Source: Scyliorhinus canicula
Lineage: Eukaryota
Length of the DNA: 64,000 nt
Assembly: GCF_902713615.1 (NCBI RefSeq)
Contig: NC_052147.1
Span: 56,591,549 to 56,655,548, forward strand
Direction of reading: 5' to 3'
Positions 23,456-36,066 of this stretch are shown piece by piece. The notes beneath the pieces are model-generated. The model was not told the DNA's origin, searched no databases, and worked only from the letters and a program-made list of their open reading frames with translations. A program made the translations under genes and the position numbers. The first letter of the stretch is position 1, and every line of letters begins with the position of its first letter.

Positions 23456-25997
23456 ACATACTTTGTTGCTGTTCTGGTCAACAATGAACTTTATCAGCAT
23501 TTTATTAATGAACCACAATTGCGTTTTTTTCACGTCTTTTCTCAGAAAAAGCATGAAAAAGGGTATATTGAGGATGAGGGAAATTTTGTATTTGTGTATT
23601 GCATGGTACTTTTTTCACAACATTCATAACAAAATCTCGCATTCAATTTTTTTGGAATGCAATGACGGGTATAACACATTTATGCTCCTCCAATGCCACA
23701 AATTGAAGTGAAATGAATGGCCATTCAAAATGTTTTTTGTACTTTCAGTTTAAAGAACGTCTCATCTGTGGTCACAGTCACATTTATAGATGAGGTGATT
23801 GTTAAAGCAACAGTTTCATGCCATAGCCATGCCATTGAGATGGTTTATTGCAAGTTGATGGTTTTCATGTGATGAACCACGCCTCCAGCTTTAATCCTAT
23901 GAGACCACTCTTACTTTCAGTACTGCCTTTGGGAGCGCTACAAAATCTGTGGTGAGAACAAATGGGTGATTTGGAGCTGTAATGTTTACAACACTGCTGG
24001 CATAAACTAATATCAGAGGCCCTTTTTTATTCTGAGTAAGCAGAGGAAATGTCTGGTAGTCTGTTCCTCACTATGTTTGTCTTTCTGTCTGATACCTGAG
24101 TAATTAATTCTTCTCAGAGTTCTATCAGTTTTGACTTGAAGGGGTTGCAGGCCTTCTGTATTTCTTCAGTTGACAGTGTGATCATTTAGAATCTCATTCA
24201 AGTTCTGGTGTTGTTCAGATGTTGTTCCTTAATTTACTGAAATATTCATAGTGCCATTCAATGGAGTGTTTTTTTAAAACACTATCATAAACCCATGTGC
24301 ACTTGAGGTGACTAACTTAATGACCAAATTGCAAATAAGGTTTTATAACCTTTTTATTTGCGATATCTGTGAATTGTCTGTGAGTGATGGAATTGAGGTT
24401 CACATGAATTTTTCACTCCCTTTTGAATTAGCCAGGGTATCCAATTTGTGCCCATCATAAAGATGGAGACAAACTGTAGTAGGTCCTCTCTCTTCAACAT
24501 TCTCCTCAAGGTAGTGAAATACTGTTCCATTCGTGTCTGTAGCCTGCCTCCTACCCAATGACTGATCTTTATATGTTAGCTAAATGATATGTGTTGACAA
24601 GCTATTCATCTGTGGAGGTAACACAATTGAACCTGGTGTTGCCCTCGCCAGATATGTTTAAAGTTTAATCAAGGCTCACAAAGTGTGAATCAGGAGCTCT
24701 AGTGAGCTTTTGTTATGTTTACCCCTCTAGCTAAGATAGAGATCAATAGCCACTGAAAAGATCCAGACGTAGGATTGTTTCAGTATTTTTACAATTTCTG
24801 TGAACCAAATATATTCAATGTATTAGTTGATCTGCGCCATTGGAGTCTGAGGCCTGGTTTTGATTTTCATGGTTGCGAAGGTGAAGCAGTTTGACTGGCC
24901 TCCTTTTGGCCACTCTTCAGCTACTTCCTATGGTGACAGGAGCTGTAAAATCTTCGAACAAATCTTCTGGAATCAACTTGAGACTAATTGAAGGTCATTT
25001 CAGTGGATTGGCTTCTATTTATAAATTGTTAACCTAACCATCTCCAAGCACAGGCACAATTCAATCCTCACTGTCATTTTTTAACCTATTTTCCTTTAAT
25101 ACTTGGTGTTTATAGTTAAATCACAAAGCATACTATGACTTGAAAAGCAGAATGGATTCAGTCCGAGCACAGAAACATCTTTGTTTCTCAGCTCTTTAGC
25201 CGATGCTATGTAATGCATTACAACACTACCGCAGGCATGATGGTACAATTACAATGTGATGAGCCAGTTCCATTATGCATTGTGTCTTGGGAATTTATAA
25301 TGGAAAATGTTAACACAAAAGCGTAACTATTGGAAATAAGGCTCTATATTGCCAAATCATGCATTAACCTATTCCCTTTACTTCTCTTGTACCGTATTCT
25401 ACTTCCCTTTGATCTGCTCCTTTAAATTTCTTTACCATGTCATTTGTTTCGTTCCTCAGCTTCTGCACTAATGAGTCTTCGTGCTGATTTATTTTTCCCC
25501 ATTCTCTCAATGTGTGTGTTGCCGACACCTTTTTATTGTGTTTCCCTAGTTACTGAGAATTGGCAGTCGACAGTCTCCTTGAAACACTGGTACAAATTTA
25601 ATACAACTGAATGGTTTTCTAGTCACTTCAGAGGACAATTAATAGCCAACCATGTCGGTGTGGGTCTAGGTGTCACATAGGTCAGTCCTTAACCAAAGAA
25701 CATTTGGATTCTTGGAATAATTTGCCGAATTGGTGATCATTTTTATTAAGTCAGAATTTGTGATTTCTTACTGCCCTTGATCAATGTGTTTGACGCAAGT
25801 GTGTATGTTTCTCATCCTCTGAGTGGCTGTCCCAATTAAAATTCCAGCAGCAAACTTTTTTGTGCATTTGAAAAGAAAAGTTATTTATTATCCCACACAT
25901 GGCATGGAAGCTGATTCAATCCCTTTCAAAAGGGAATATTGGATAAATATTTCATAGAATCGTAGAATTTACAGTACAGAAGGAGGCCATTTGGCCT

Positions 25998-26224
25998 TGA
26001 TGCACGATCAATCACTACTGAAGCGAGATTGTAGTCCAATTGAAGGCTTTAATGAACAAGTAGTTACCCCAGCAGCTCCGGTACAGAATGACTGCTGTGG
26101 GTGAAACACAGGCTCTTATGCTCCACCTGCTGGGCGGAACCAGCAGGCAGGTTCTACCACTCATACTACAGTATAAGGTACACCCCACCTAGGTACCGCA
26201 ATACCCCTAATATAGCCTACCACA
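25998..26224 (-). repeat. 3' LTR of Gypsy element
   Basis: Direct repeat of 30324-30550; I count 10 mismatches in 227 bp. Confidence 0.95.
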
Positions 26225-28309
26225 TTCACCCCCTGTTTAAAAAAGAGTCCGGCGGGGCTGGTGGCCTTGCTTTTACAGTGGTAGAGGTTATAGCGGTATC
26301 CTTCAATGCCTTTAGATGCAATACACATATTTACAAACAATTATTTACAAGTTCATTTCACAATGAGACTATCAGCTGGTACGGGGGCCGTGGTCGTCCT
26401 CTGCAATCGTCGCAGTCCTGGCGGTGATGCTGGCGTCAGCTCGGGCATCCATGGCTCTGGGAGCGTAGCATGTCTTCAGCTTCATCACATCCGGATGGGG
26501 CCAGTGGGAGGACGGATCCTCCTGGAAATGGGGCTGCGGTGGTGTGCGCCGGTGAAAGAATGGTTGAGGTTGGTAGGTGGGGGTGGGGATCCAGCGGGGG
26601 CCAGATCCCGGAGAGAGACCGTGTCTTGTCGGCTGTCGGGGTGCGCCACATAGGCGTACTCGGGGTTAGCATGGAGGAGATGTACCCTCTCGACCAGTGG
26701 GTCCGACTTGTGGGCCCGTACGTGTTTGCGGAGTAGGACAGGTACGGGGGCTGCCAGCCATGTTGGGAGCGAAGACCCCGAGGAGGACTTCCGAGGGAAG
26801 GTAAGGAGACGTTCATGAGGTGTTTCGTTGGTAGTAGTGTACAGTAGTGATCGGATGGCGTGAAGTGCATCGGGGAGGACCTCCTGCCATCGGGACACTG
26901 GGAGATTCTTGGACCTACTGACCAGTAGAACGGCCTTCCAGACCGTCCCGTTCTCCCTCTCTACCTGCCCATTTCCCCGGGGGTTGTAACTGGTCGTCCT
27001 GCTGCAGGCGATGCCCTTGCTGAGCAGGAACTGACACAGTTCGTCACTCACGAAGGAGGACCCCCTATCGCTATGGGTGTAGGCGGGGAAACCGAACAGG
27101 GTAAAGATGCTGTGGAGGGATTTAATGACGGTGGCAGCCGTCATGTCGGGACAGGGGATGGCGAAAGGGAACCGGGAGTACTCATCCATCACATTTAAGA
27201 AATGCGTGTTGCAGTCGGTGGAGGGAAGGGGCCCTTTGAAATCCATGCTGAGCCGTTCAAAGGGGCGGGAAGCCATCACCAGCTGCGCTTTCGCTGGCCG
27301 GTAGAAGTGCTGCTTGCACTCCACGCAGATTTGGCAGTTTCTGGCCCTGACCTCCTCGATGCAGTAGGGTAGATTGCGGGTTTTAACAAAGTGGAAGAAC
27401 CGTGTGACCCCCGAGTGGCAGAGGTCATCGTGGAGGGTCCAGAGTCGGTCTACTTATATACTGGCACAAGTGCCGCGGGGCAGTGCATCAGGAGGCTCAT
27501 TGAGCTTCCCAGGACGATACAAGATCTCGTAATTATAGATGGAGAGCTCGATCCTCCACTGTAAGATCTTATTATTCTTAATTTTGCCCCGTTTTGCATT
27601 GTCAAACATGAAGGCTACTGACCGTTGGTCAGTGAGGAGAGTGAATCTCCTGCCAGCCAGGTAATGCCCCCAATGCCACATAGCTTCGACGATGGCTTGG
27701 TCCTCCTTCTCGAAAGAGGAATGGCGGATTTCTGAGACATGGAGGGTGCGTGAAAAGAAGGCCACGGGTCTGCCCGCCTGATTGAGGGTGGCAGCCAGAG
27801 CTACGTCTGATGCGTCGCTCACAACCTGGAAGGGGAGGGACTCATCGATTGCGTGTATCGTCGCCCTGGCAATGTCTTCTTTGATGCGACTGAAGGCCTG
27901 GTGGGCCTCTGCCGACAGGGGGAAAACTGTGGATTGGATTAGTGGACGGGCCTTGTCCGCATAATTGGGGACCCACTGGGCGTAATAAGAAAAGAAGCCC
28001 AGGCAATTTTTCAGGGCATGGGGCAGTGGAGGAGGGAAATCTCCATGAAGGGGCGCATGTGTTCGGGATCTGGGCCTATGGCTCCATCATGCACTATGTA
28101 GCCGAGGATGGCTAGGCAATCGGTGCTAAACACGGTCAAACGGTCAACCATTCGGTCCATCTCCTGTTGGAAGACCGAGACCCCATTTGTGACACCAATG
28201 GGAACCCTTAGAAAGTGGTAGAGCCGCCCATCTGCTTCGAATGCAGTGTACTTGCGGTCGTCCGGGCGAATGGGGAGCTGGTGGTAGGCTGATTCAAGGT
28301 CTACTGCGG

Positions 28310-28652
28310 ACAGCACGGTAGCATGGTGGTTAGCATAAATGCTTCACAGCTCCAGGGTCCCAGGTTCGGTTCCCGGCTGGGTCACTGTCTGTGCGGAGTC
28401 TGCACGTCCTCCCCGTGTGTGCGTGGGTTTCCTCCGGGTGCTCCGGTTTCCTCCCACAGTCCAAAGGTGTGCGGGTTAGGTGGATTGGCCATGCTAAATT
28501 GCCCGTAGTGTCCTTAAAAAAAAAAAAAGTAAGGTTAAGGGGGGGGTTGTTGGGTTACGGGTATAGGGTGGATACGTGGGTTTGAGTAGGGTGATCATTG
28601 CTCGGCACAACATCGAGGGCCGAAGGGCCTGTTCTGTGCTGTACTGTTCTAT
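28310..28652 (+). mobile_element. HE1-like V-SINE inserted in the Gypsy RT
   Basis: Near-identical to 10296-10650; splits YKVFST/VDLESAY; short TSD TG(C/T)GGA. Confidence 0.9.
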
Positions 28653-30323
28653 GTGGAGAAAACCTTGTATTGCGCTATCTGGTTGACTATTTCAGATATG
28701 CGGGGGAGAGGGTACGCGTCAAGCTGCGTATACTTGTTGATGGTCTGACTGTAGTCTATGACCATCCTATGTTTCTCTCCGGTCTTTACAACCATCACTT
28801 GAGCTCTCCAGGGGCTGTTGCTGGCCTCGATAATACCTTCCTTTAGTGACCGTTGGACTTCCGACCTAATGAAGGTCCGGTCCTGGGCACTGTACCGTCT
28901 GCTCCTGGTGGTGACTGGTTTGCAATCGGGGGTAAGGTTTGCAAACAGAGTAGGCGGGTCGACCTTGAGGGTCGTGAGGCCGCACACAGTGAGGGGGAGG
29001 GTATGGGGCCGCCGAATTTGAACATTAAACTTTGCGGGTTACACTGGAAGTCCAGTCCCAGGAATGTGGCAGCACAGAGATGGGGGAGGACGTAGAGTCG
29101 GAAGTTATTGAACTCCACGCCCTGGACCGTGAGGTTGGCTATGCAGTACCCCTGGATCTCCACAGAGTGGGACCCAGAGGCCAGCGAGACCTTTCTTTAA
29201 TTTGGTGAACAGCGAGGGAGCAGTGTCTTACTGTATTGGGATGTATGAAGCTCTCCATGCTCCCAGAGTCGATCAAGCAGGATGTCTTGTGCCCGTTGAT
29301 GAGTACCGATGTCGCAGCGGTTGAAAGTGTTCAGGGCTGAGACTGGTCCAGTGTTACTGAGGCAAGTTGTGGCAGAAGCTGAGCGATCTCTTCGGGCGAT
29401 ACACGGCCACCCGAGTCGGGGTCCTGAGACTTCATCCAAGATGGCTGCCCCCATGAATTGCACATGGCCTGTGAGGAGAGGACGGGCAGCGGGCCCAGTT
29501 CGCCTGCGGAGACAGCGGCAGCCGACCGGGCCTGGCATTCTGCCACGAAGTGCCCCTTCTTCCCACAGCCCTTGCAGATTGCGGAATGGGCCGGGCAGCA
29601 TTGCCGGGGGTGTTTGTTTTGCCTGCAAAAATGGCATTGCGCCCCCCCCCCCCGGGGTTTCCTGGCTGCCGCACTGCACAAGCTTGTGGGGAATTTAGGG
29701 TTGCTTTGGAATCGCGGCCACACGTGGGGTCCACCCTGTCCATGCGGGTACTGCGCGGTCGGGAACATAGGCCTGGGTGTTGCGGGAGGCTACGTCTAGC
29801 GAGTGCGCAAGTTTCCGTGCCTCTTTAAGTCCTAGCGTGTCATTTTCCAGCAGTCGCTGGCGGATTTTAGAGGACAGCATGCCCGCAACAAAAGCACCCC
29901 GTATTAAGAGTTCGGTGTGGTCATTGGCTGAGACTTGTGGACAGTTACAGTTTCTACCGAACACTAACAATGCACGGTAAAAATTGTCCAGTGATTTCCC
30001 CTGGGATCTGCCGTCTGGTAGCTAAAAGATGCCGAGCGTATACCTGATTCACAGTGCGGACGTAGTGCTCTTTTAACAAAGTCTTTGCGTCCTCGAAACC
30101 ATCCGCGTCTTCGATAAGCGTGTAGATTTCTGGGCTCACCCTAGAGTGGAGGACTTGCATTTTCTGTTCCTCCGTGGGGGTAGTCGGGGCTGTTCTGATG
30201 TACCCGTTGAAACATGCCAGCCAATGTTTAAAAGTTGCTGCTGCATTTGCCGCGTGGGGGTTAATTTGTAGACACTCTGGCTTGATGCGGAGAGCAGCCA
30301 TTCTTCAATTTTGTTCATTAAAT

Positions 30324-30550
30324 TGATGCACGATCAATCACTACTGAAGCGAGATTGTAGTCCAATTGAAGGCTTTAATGAACGAGTAGTTACCCCAGCA
30401 GCTCCGGTACAGAATGACTGCTGTGGGTGAAACACAGACTCTTATGCTCTGCCTGCTGGGCGGAACCAGCAGGCAGGTTCTACCACTCGTACTACAGTAT
30501 AAGGTACATCCCAACTAGGTACCGCGATACCCCTAATATAGCCAAGCACA
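30324..30550 (-). repeat. 5' LTR of Gypsy element
   Basis: Direct repeat of 25998-26224; the gag ATG lies 22 nt inside. Confidence 0.95.
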
Positions 30551-30838
30551 GGCCCATCGAGTCTGCGCCGGCTCTTGGAAAGAGCACCTTAACCAAGCCC
30601 ACACCTCCACCCTATCCCCATAACCCAGTAACCCCACCCAACGCTAAGGGCAATTTAGCATGGCCAATCCACCTAACCTGCACATCTTTGGACTGTGGGA
30701 GGAAACCGGAGCACCCGGAGGAAACCCCCACACACACAGGGAGAACGTGCAGACTCCGCACAGACAGTGACCCAAGCTGGGCATCGAACCTGGGACCCTG
30801 GAGCTGTGAAGCAATTGTGCTAACCACTATGCTGCCCT
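30551..30838 (-). mobile_element. HE1-like V-SINE split by the Gypsy insertion (its tail lies at ~25951-25997)
   Basis: The flanks rejoin to GAAGGAGGCCATTTGGCCCATCGAGTCTGC, as in the intact copy at ~51465-51500. Confidence 0.88.
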
Positions 30839-31224
30839 AATTTAAAGGGAAAAATATTTGTAGGGCTATGGGAGAGGGCAGGGGAACACAATTTGTTGAT
30901 TCTTACAAAATCTGGCATGGATGTAATGGGCCAAATTACCTCCTATTCGATCATCACCAGATCTGTCTAAGCTACTCTGTATGCTGAAACTCGACTATCA
31001 AGAGTCTTCTGTGGGACTGAGCTGGACCCATCCCTCGGGTTCACTCCCTTCACATTTTGGAGACTCTTGTCCAAAATCCTCTGCCAGAGGAAATAATTTT
31101 TTTTTTTAAATTTAAAGCACCCAATTCTTTTCCCAATTAAGGGGCAATTTAGTGTGGCCATTCCACCATAACTCTGCACTCCTTTGGGTTATGGGGGAGA
31201 ATGTGGAAGGAATTTCTATATAAA

Positions 31225-31510
31225 TAATCATTATTGTCACAAGTAGGCTTACGCTAAGACTGCAATGAAGTTACTGTGAAAAGCCCCTAGTCGCCACATT
31301 CCGGCACCTGGAGGGAGACTTCAGGATATCCAATTCACCTAACAACACGTCTTTCTGGACTTGTGGGAGGAAACCGGAGCACCCCGAGGAAACCCACGCA
31401 GTCAGGGAGAACCTGCAGTTTCCGCACAGGCAGCGACCCAAGCCGGGAATCAAACCTGGGATCCTGGAGCTATGAAGCAACAGTGCTACCCACTGTGCTA
31501 CCGTGCCGCC
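31225..31510 (-). mobile_element. V-SINE with Rex1-like tail
   Basis: Same structure as 3438-3872, reversed. Confidence 0.8.
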
Positions 31511-31959
31511 TTTTATCCACCCTATTGAATCTCTTTATCATTTGAAATACCTCCATTAGATCAGCCCATAAATATTCTAAATTCAAGGGAGTATGAACCA
31601 GGTTTTTGCAAGCTGTTCTCAAAAGTTTAATCTTGAGGATTCACAATACCATCATTCTGCCTTTGAAAGCCAATTTATATCTTCCTTGGTTCGTTGCCCA
31701 AAACTGAATGAGGCACTGTCAAATGGAGCCTGGTCATTGCTCTGCAGCTATGCACTTCCTTTGAATTCCAATCCCTTTGCGTGAGAGAGAATCAACATTG
31801 CCACATGCTCTTAATTACTTTTTGTAACTGTCACACACCTTCAGTATAGATGAACATCGAAAATCCTTTTTGGTTCTCCACAGCTCCTTGTGTCTCACCT
31901 AGAAGAAAAAAATTCCAATTCATCTTCCTCAGATCAAAGTGGATGATCTCTCATTTCCC

Positions 31960-33392
31960 CATGGAAATCGCCTTTTGCTCCTTTGACCTCCACACTGTTG
32001 ACCACCCAACCTCCTTCCTTGGCTTTATATAATGGACACTGTAAATAGTTCCCTCTACTGTGGCACAATACCCCATTCCTTTCAATACAGCTTTCACCAC
32101 CCCTTCTCAAAAGAGGTCACCTTCAAATCCTTCTGCCCTTGCTATGTCATCTTCAACCAGTGTTCTGAAAGGAAATTCCCACAATTTCCTTTGAATCGCT
32201 CCCATCCAATTTCTTATCCTTACAGTGTTGAAATTACTCTAATCAGTCATAAATGGCACTGTTGATGATTATGGTCATGGTTATTTCTCTTCCAAATCTG
32301 AAACCTTTTCATTCAGTTGACCACAATATCCTTCTTCAGTGCCTTTCCTCTTCCTTGTCCTGCTCAGTGGGACTGAACTTTTAGCTCCATCCACACTGAG
32401 CTGTGAAATGGTAGCCAGGTAATCTCAAGCGGTGGGTTCTGTTACATCTGCTTAGTTTATATTTGAAGCGAATGCCTCAACAAGCAAACCCTGGCCATCT
32501 CCCCTTCCTCATCTAACATGCTGCCTCTTGGCAACGTCACCCACAAACATGGAAGCAACTTTCATATGTATGCTAAACAAACTCTCTTTTTGTCTCCACC
32601 TTTAATTGTCTCTGCCTTGTCAAATTACACCCCTCCCCCCCCACATTTAAAAACCTATTTCCCCAAATTAAATATTGGGAAGACCACTGCCTTGCCTTCT
32701 ACTCCCAATCTTAAACTCTGTGCTCTTTCTATTAATTCCATCCCTTTCCCGAGCCATCATCTCTGACTGCACCTGTCTTTGATACCTCTGCATCCCAGCC
32801 GGCCCTGAGCTAACCTTCTAATCCTATATCTTGCATCACAAATGTTACTTCATCTGTTTCAGTCCATCAGCTTCTGCAGCTGTCATCTATGGCTTTGTTA
32901 CCCTCAATCGACTCTGGCAGTATCCTCCTGACCAATCTCTCATTCTAAACACTGCTCCATGTATCCTATACCATCCCAAGTCTTGAGCATTAAGCACTCC
33001 TTGTTGTACCTTAACATTCATTTTTTTAACATATTCATCCTTTGTTAAGTCCCTCCATGGCCTTGCTCTCCTTATCTCTGTAGCCTCTTCCAGCTCTATA
33101 ATTCCCGAGGTCGAGTCTCCGCCAATCCACACCAAAACTCTCTTCCTCCCAACTCGTATTTTCTCCCTCTCCTTCACCTGACCATTGATATGCTATCCCA
33201 GCTGCCTAGGCCTATAGTAAGAAATACCTCCCTAATCCCTTCAGCTTCTCCATTTCCTTCGACTGAACTTTGAGTTCTCCTTGTATCTATTCCTTTGGCT
33301 TATCATCGATTTTTGTGTGATTTCACTTTTTGTGACGACCTCTGGATTGTGTTTCTGCAGTAAAGGCACTATGTAAATGCAAATAGTTGTGG
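31960..33392 (+). mobile_element. Ancient L2-like LINE remnant
   Basis: Pyrimidine-rich; degenerate 'F.IYMLPLG..HKHG..FHMYA' RT segment; L2-type end TAAAGGCACTATGTAAATGCAA. Confidence 0.6.
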
Positions 33393-33591
33393 ACGAGCAG
33401 TGCAAATATTGTCTGTTCCTGAAGATTAATTTGCATGATGCCTTTTCAGCTTTTCCAGGACTCTTCATATCAAATTAATTGGTTTTGGGGAAGGCACACT
33501 TTTTTCTTCCCTTGTGAATTGTTTTAATGAAAGTGTTTACAATCCCTCCATTTCATGCCTTTTCTTGATGGTGTTTAACTTTTCACTGGCT

Positions 33592-36066
33592 ATCCTAGCC
33601 AAAAGGCTGGAGGACACGAGGTGGTCGCAGAGGATCAAACAGGCTTTGTCAAAGGTAGACAGCTGACATCGAACTACAGGCATTTGCTGAATGCGATCAT
33701 GTCTCCACCCGGGGACAGAGTACCTGAGGTGATTGTCTCCCTAGACGCAGAAAAGGCCTTCGACAGAGTCGAGTGGAAGTACCTTTATAGAGGTGCTAGA
33801 GTGGTTCGGGCTCGAAAAAGGATTCACCTCATGGGTGAAACTCCTGTACAACGCTCCCATGGCAAGCATACGGACAAACAACACCAGCTCCCAGTACTTC
33901 CAGCTGCACAGGGGAACCAGGCAGGGATGCCCGTTGCTGCCGCTGCTGTTTGCTCTAGCAATCGAGCCATTAGCGATCGCTCTCAGAACAGCAAAGAACT
34001 GGAGGGGGGCTCCAAAGAGGAGGCAGAGAGCATAGCATCTCACTCTTTGCGGATGACCTGCTCCTCTATATCTCATACCCACAAAGCAGCGTGGAAGGAA
34101 TCATCACGCTCCTGAAAGAGTTTGGTGCCTTCTCGGGTTACAAACTCAACATGAGCAAAAGTGAGATTTTCCCGGTGGACTCGCAAGGGGGGGGGCGACG
34201 GCACTGGTGGGACTGCCGTTCAAACAAGCCCAACGCAAATTCCGCTACCTGGGGAACCAAATCGCTCATGACTGGACAGGGATCCAAAAATGGAACCTGA
34301 CCAGTCTGACAGAGGAAGTCAAAAAGGACCTGCAGAGGTGGGACACACTCCTGCTCTCCCTGGCAGGGAGAGTACAGATGATCAAAATGAACATACTGCC
34401 CAGATACCTCTTCCTACTAAGATCCATCCCCTCTATATCCCCAAGGCCTTTTTCAATGCACTGAACAAATTAATCATGGCGTTTGTATAGGGGGGGAAGA
34501 ATGCTAGGATCACAAAGCAGGTCCTACAGAAAACAAAATCCAGGGGAGGGCTAGCCCTCCCAAACCTACAATTCTACTACTGGGCAGTGACAGCAGAAAG
34601 AGTGATGGGATGGATAAAGGAGCCAGAGGCCGAATGGGTGCATGTGGAGGAGGCCTCCTGCAAGGGACCTCTCTCCGGGCCCTCGCCACGACGGCCCTCC
34701 CATCCCCACCCAAAAAACACTCCAGCAGCCCAGTGGTGATAGCCACCTTCCAGATGTGGAACCAACTACGGCAGCAATTCGGACAGACTGAAAAGTCCAA
34801 CAAGTCCCCATCTGCAATAACCACAGATTCACACCAGCACTCACCGCGCCACCTTCAAAAGGTGGAGACAGGACCGGGGGGCGCATTGACAATCAGGGAC
34901 CTATACACCGACGGTAGGGTCACAACACTGGAAGAACTGACGCAGAGATTCCAACTAGCTAAAGGTAACAAACCTGGATACCTGCAGCTTAAAAACTTCC
35001 TATGGAAGGAGACAAGGACATACCCGCAACCACCATGACGGACGTTATTAGAAGAGCTGCTGGACACAGACATCTGAGGCAGAGGGAACTGTAATGACAT
35101 GTACAAACGACTGCTAGAGAGGGCCTACACCGAACTGGACATGACAAGGAGGAAATGGGAGGAAGGCGTGGGGATTCTGGAGCGAAGCACTGCACAGGGT
35201 CAACCTAACGCAGCTAAAAGTGGTACATAGAGCCCACTTGACCACAACCCAAATGAGCGGGTTCTTCCCAGAGGTGGAGGATAGATGTGAACGGTGCCAA
35301 GGAAGCCTGACCAACCACATGTGCTGGTCTTGCCCCAGACTAGCTGGCTACTGGACAGCCGCCTTCGAGGCAATGTCCAAAGTGGTGGGGATGCGGGTGG
35401 AGCCATGTCCGAAAGTGGCGGTCTTCGGGGTATCAGACCAGCCAGATCTCTTCATGGGGAGGAGGGCCAGAGCACGTGCCTTTGCCTCCCTGATCGTCCG
35501 CTGCAGAATCCTGCTCAGTTGGTGATCAGCACCACCTAAAGTTGCAGACTGACAGTCCGACCTATCAGAATTTCTCCAAATGGAGAAAATCAAATTCACC
35601 ATCCGTGGGTCAGAAGAGGGCTTCCACAAAAGATGGGAGCCATTCACCTGACTGTTCCGAGACTTGTTTGTGGCCAACCCATAAATAAGTAGCCAGGGGG
35701 AAATAGCCATGACAAGATAGAAAAAGAAAAGCGAGGGAGGACTGGAGAGTAGTTGTAGGGGGGCGTGTTGGAGGAGGGGGGGTGGAGACAATATGAGGTA
35801 GCAAAACCCAGTGGAAAAAATGGAAAGCAGCAGTGAAAAAGGCGGGGGGGGGGGGGAGAAAGGGAGGGAGAGGGTCAAGGCGAGAGGAGCTGGTGGGGGG
35901 GGGGGGGGGGGGGGGGGTGAAGGGGAGAATTGTATGCTGAGCCAGACGGTGACAGACTGTAGATAGAGAAACCCACGAAGGAATCTTGGTGACTGGTGTA
36001 CAATAAATGAAAATGAACGGCAATGTATATAATTTTGAAAACGCCAATAAAAAGATATATTTTTTA
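33592..36066 (+). mobile_element. L1-clade LINE, 5'-truncated
   Basis: Motifs DQTGFVKGRQ, SLDAEKAFDRVEW, GTRQGCPL and the C-terminal CERC..HMCWSC. AATAAA near the end; 15-bp TSD AACTTTTCACTGGCT (33577-33591 / 36067-36081). Confidence 0.92.

Larger units (their letters stand above)
25998..30550 (-). mobile_element. Full-length degenerate Ty3/Gypsy LTR retrotransposon (Mag-like)
   Basis: Two 227-bp TG...CA LTRs (25998-26224, 30324-30550) with TSD GGCCT/GGCCC. Domains in order: gag from ATG 30301 with two CCHC knuckles, protease LIDSGS (~29270), RT (28987-28011), RNase H SDASDVALAA, HHCC + DDE integrase. PPT AAACAGGGGGTGAA abuts the 3' LTR. Multiple frameshifts. Confidence 0.95.
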
